A DNA stretch of 64,000 bases, from positions 1-64,000 of the IMG/VR virus record IMGVR_UViG_3300046786_000502; one strand, 5' to 3'. Below the pieces are notes generated by a model. It saw only the letters and a program-made list of their open reading frames with translations, did not search any database and was not told where the DNA came from. The position numbers and the translations under genes are program-made. This DNA is from a virus. Shown in pieces: positions 62,011-64,000 of the stretch; the first letter of the stretch is position 1; the number at the start of each line of letters is the position of its first letter.

Positions 62011-62192
62011 ACACATTGACGACGGTTGATGTGGAGTATGACCGAATAATTCCCAAAGTCAAATGGGGGGAATAAGGTACTATCGGATCTTAGCGGATCG
62101 TCTTAGCGGACAAACGGTAGGTGTGCTCAAAGCGGTACTTGATGAACCGTATTGACTAGGCACTGGTGGTAAAAGGCAATCCACCTACTCAC
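62011..62192 (+). ncRNA. Candidate structured RNA between tRNA-Asn and tRNA-Asp
   Basis: Several stems found by eye (see findings); no family recognised. Confidence 0.45.
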
Positions 62193-62196
62193 TCTT

Positions 62197-62270
62197 GGTC
62201 CTGTAGCTCAGTTGGTTAGAGCACTACCCTGTCACGGTAGGGGTCGCCAGTTCAAGTCTGGTCAGGATCG
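62197..62270 (+). tRNA. trnD: tRNA-Asp(GTC)
   Basis: GGTCCTG/CAGGATC, CTACC-CTGTCAC-GGTAG, T loop TTCAAGT; no encoded CCA. Confidence 0.93.
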
Positions 62271-62277
62271 CTCAGAA

Positions 62278-62436
62278 GCATGAGTCTGAACAACTTATGT
62301 GGAGATTGTTATACTGAAACTACGCTGTGGACGCATCATACGAAGGGGTTCAGCCCGATGGAGATTGCTCTGCTAATCCACTAGGTATAACAGCCAATGG
62401 GAACAGTTCCTTAACCAAAAGGTGACCACGATTGGC
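62278..62436 (+). ncRNA. Candidate structured RNA between tRNA-Asp and tRNA-Leu
   Basis: Long-range stems TGTTATAC/GTATAACA and GCCAAT/ATTGGC plus local hairpins; no family recognised. Confidence 0.4.
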
Positions 62437-62440
62437 AAAT

Positions 62441-62514
62441 GCTTCTCTAGCCCAATTGGTAGAGGCACTAGATTTAGGATCTAGGTGTTACAGGTTCGAC
62501 TCCTGTGAGGAGCA
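62441..62514 (+). tRNA. trnL: tRNA-Leu(TAG), short variable loop
   Basis: GCTTCTC/GAGGAGC, CTAGA-TTTAGGA-TCTAG, ACAGG-TTCGACT-CCTGT, discriminator A. Confidence 0.9.
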
Positions 62515-62515
62515 C

Positions 62516-62589
62516 TGGGATATAGTGTAATGGTAACACAACGGCTTCCAAACCCGTTGACGTGGGTTCGATTCCTACTATCCCTGCCA
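62516..62589 (+). tRNA. trnW: tRNA-Trp(CCA), atypical pairs
   Basis: TGGGATA/TATCCCT, discriminator G, encoded CCA; anticodon arm ACGGC-TTCCAAA-CCCGT with a C-C mismatch. Confidence 0.75.
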
Positions 62590-62590
62590 T

Positions 62591-62665
62591 GCCTTCTTAG
62601 CTCAGTGGTAGAGCAACGCACTTGTAATGCGTAGGTCGTCAGTTCAATCCTGACAGAAGGCTCCA
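62591..62665 (+). tRNA. trnT: tRNA-Thr(TGT)
   Basis: GCCTTCT/AGAAGGC, ACGCA-CTTGTAA-TGCGT, encoded CCA. Confidence 0.95.
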
Positions 62666-62666
62666 T

Positions 62667-62741
62667 GGTCCCATAGTTTATCGGTTAGAACGCTGCCCTT
62701 TCACGGCGGTGGGAGGGGTTCGACTCCCCTTGGGACTACCA
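62667..62741 (+). tRNA. trnE: tRNA-Glu(TTC)
   Basis: GGTCCCA/TGGGACT, CTGCC-CTTTCAC-GGCGG, encoded CCA. Confidence 0.93.
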
Positions 62742-62745
62742 ATAT

Positions 62746-62816
62746 TCTCCCTTCGTCTAATGGCAAGACTCCAGGTTTTGGTCCTGGCTATCGAGGTTCG
62801 AGTCCTTGGGGGAGAG
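62746..62816 (+). tRNA. trnQ: tRNA-Gln(TTG)
   Basis: TCTCCCT/GGGGAGA, CCAGG-TTTTGGT-CCTGG, CGAGG-TTCGAGT-CCTTG; no encoded CCA. Confidence 0.92.
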
Positions 62817-62856
62817 CAAGATTAATTCATTAGTGCTATAATAGTCTAAGAAAGGT

Positions 62857-63567
62857 TTGGATGTGGAAAAACCAGATATAATGACGATGGACGTACCCAA
62901 TTTTAACGTGTGGTACGAAACTTTTGATCCTATTTTTTCTAAGATAAGTCAGCAGTCGAATATCCCATTAAAGTGGATAGAGTTTTGGCCAATAAGATAT
63001 GGGCAGAACAAGAACTCTCCAATCAAACCAATCAATAGATATGTAGAAAGGTTGTACCCAAAGCCAAAGCTTATAGATATTAGTAATAATATAGTTAGGC
63101 TTAGACAGGGCAACCATGCAGAAATCATTCTACTGGTAGATCCAGAAAATAGATTCCATAGTGGCGGTCAAGATACAGATGGATTCTACAATGTTGATAG
63201 GCCATGGATGAGACAATACTATCAGTCTAAGCTACAAATTCCAAAGCCAGACAATTGCTTTGACCCATTATATAAATTTTACGTTCCATGGTTTCCAGAT
63301 GCTGATGTTACTGTTCATTTTGAGCCATCTCCAGTAGAGACCCCATTCCACACCTTTGAGTCAGTAGGATCGTACAAAAAAGTAGATGCATTCCTAAGAT
63401 TTGCTGAGCCACACTTTGTTCCCTTCTATTTTAAAAAAGAAGGGGCACACATGGAAAGTCCAACACAAGGAAGAGTTCTAAGACAGTCTGCAATGTACGA
63501 TATGGTATTTCATGCAGATGATGCTTTGATAGAGAGAATAAGGAAACAATATGAAGAAAAAGAATAA
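62857..63567 (+). CDS. Hypothetical protein
   Basis: 236-aa ORF after TGCTATAAT (62834-62842); start uncertain (TTG 62857 or ATG 62881/62887). Confidence 0.65.
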   Translation: MDVEKPDIMTMDVPNFNVWYETFDPIFSKISQQSNIPLKWIEFWPIRYGQNKNSPIKPINRYVERLYPKPKLIDISNNIVRLRQGNHAEIILLVDPENRFHSGGQDTDGFYNVDRPWMRQYYQSKLQIPKPDNCFDPLYKFYVPWFPDADVTVHFEPSPVETPFHTFESVGSYKKVDAFLRFAEPHFVPFYFKKEGAHMESPTQGRVLRQSAMYDMVFHADDALIERIRKQYEEKE

Positions 63568-64000
63568 AGTAAACAAAGTACGTTTTTTCAACATTAGCGA
63601 AAAGACACTAAACTTTGTCCCAGAACCTGGACCTGCAAGTAAGTTTATGCCAGCTTGGTATAAGAAGCAACCAGGTAACGTTGATGAAAACATGTTGGCT
63701 GTAACTGGTCAGCCAGCAAATACTGTAAAGAAGTGCATGCCAATCTTTGATGCAATGACTGGTGGATACATTATTACACTTCCAATGGACATCTTTGTTG
63801 ATGCCAGCCATCCAGATAAGCTAGATAAGCAGATACCTGCTGCAATGGGTGGATACAAAGCAGAAATTTTTGCAACTCATGATCGCAAGCAATACTCAGA
63901 ATACCCAATTGATGAAGAGGTCTACCACAAAGATCTTCTTAGAATTTTCCCATTTTGGGTTGTAGGTACTAGCGAAGGCGTAAGCTCTTTGTTTATTCAG
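63551..64000 (+). CDS. Hypothetical protein, possibly DUF6065-like; 3' end truncated by the window edge
   Basis: Not in the ORF track because it has no stop in the window. MKKKNKVNKVRF...PAWYKK...TVKKCMPIFDAMTGGYIITLP, open to the end. Confidence 0.65.
   Translation, partial: MKKKNKVNKVRFFNISEKTLNFVPEPGPASKFMPAWYKKQPGNVDENMLAVTGQPANTVKKCMPIFDAMTGGYIITLPMDIFVDASHPDKLDKQIPAAMGGYKAEIFATHDRKQYSEYPIDEEVYHKDLLRIFPFWVVGTSEGVSSLFIQ

Noticed and set aside
62008-62440. Named ribozyme (hammerhead or HDV-like) or tmRNA in the tRNA spacers
   Set aside because: No CTGATGA/GAAA core, nested double pseudoknot or tmRNA ends could be identified by eye; kept only as unassigned structured RNA candidates.
62481-62666. 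Minus-strand 61-aa ORF
   Set aside because: It is the antisense of the tRNA-Leu, Trp and Thr genes.
61935-62816. Stop-codon reassignment or suppressor tRNAs
   Set aside because: TAA, TAG and TGA all end full-length genes, coding density is high with the standard code, and no CTA, TTA or TCA anticodon is present.

Overview
A 64 kb segment of a large tailed dsDNA phage genome. Essentially all credible genes are on the + strand, the sequence is AT-rich, and the standard genetic code appears to be used. Gene order and content resemble large actinobacterial siphoviruses. A freshwater actinobacterial host is inferred from the class Ib nrdHIEF genes, the DnaE-type polymerase and apparent leaderless starts; it is not proven. 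Order: fibre/adhesin genes (1-4.6 kb); a block of five Fe(II)/2OG-oxygenase-like genes; head module (portal, protease-scaffold, capsid, connectors); tail module (major tail protein, two chaperone paralogues, 2288-aa tape measure, tail-tip proteins); replication/recombination (DnaB, primase, SSB, DnaE, MazG-like, NrdH, RecA, two resolvases, Cas4-like nuclease, three more oxygenases); terminase; nrdIEF; secreted and membrane proteins; and a seven-tRNA cluster. The best candidate for an undescribed system is an Fn3-like protein ending in about 11 copies of a Phe-rich hexapeptide (FSVFGF). It is followed directly by four tandem paralogous HxH...H oxygenases, a small Cys/His protein and a prolyl-hydroxylase-like enzyme, a layout like a repeat precursor plus tailoring enzymes. 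Other notable signals: two structured-RNA candidates inside the tRNA cluster; a promoter-overlapping anti-SD hairpin; tail chaperones apparently made by duplication rather than frameshift; and two promoter classes with leaderless starts. All functional calls come from reading motifs and synteny by eye; no database searches were run.
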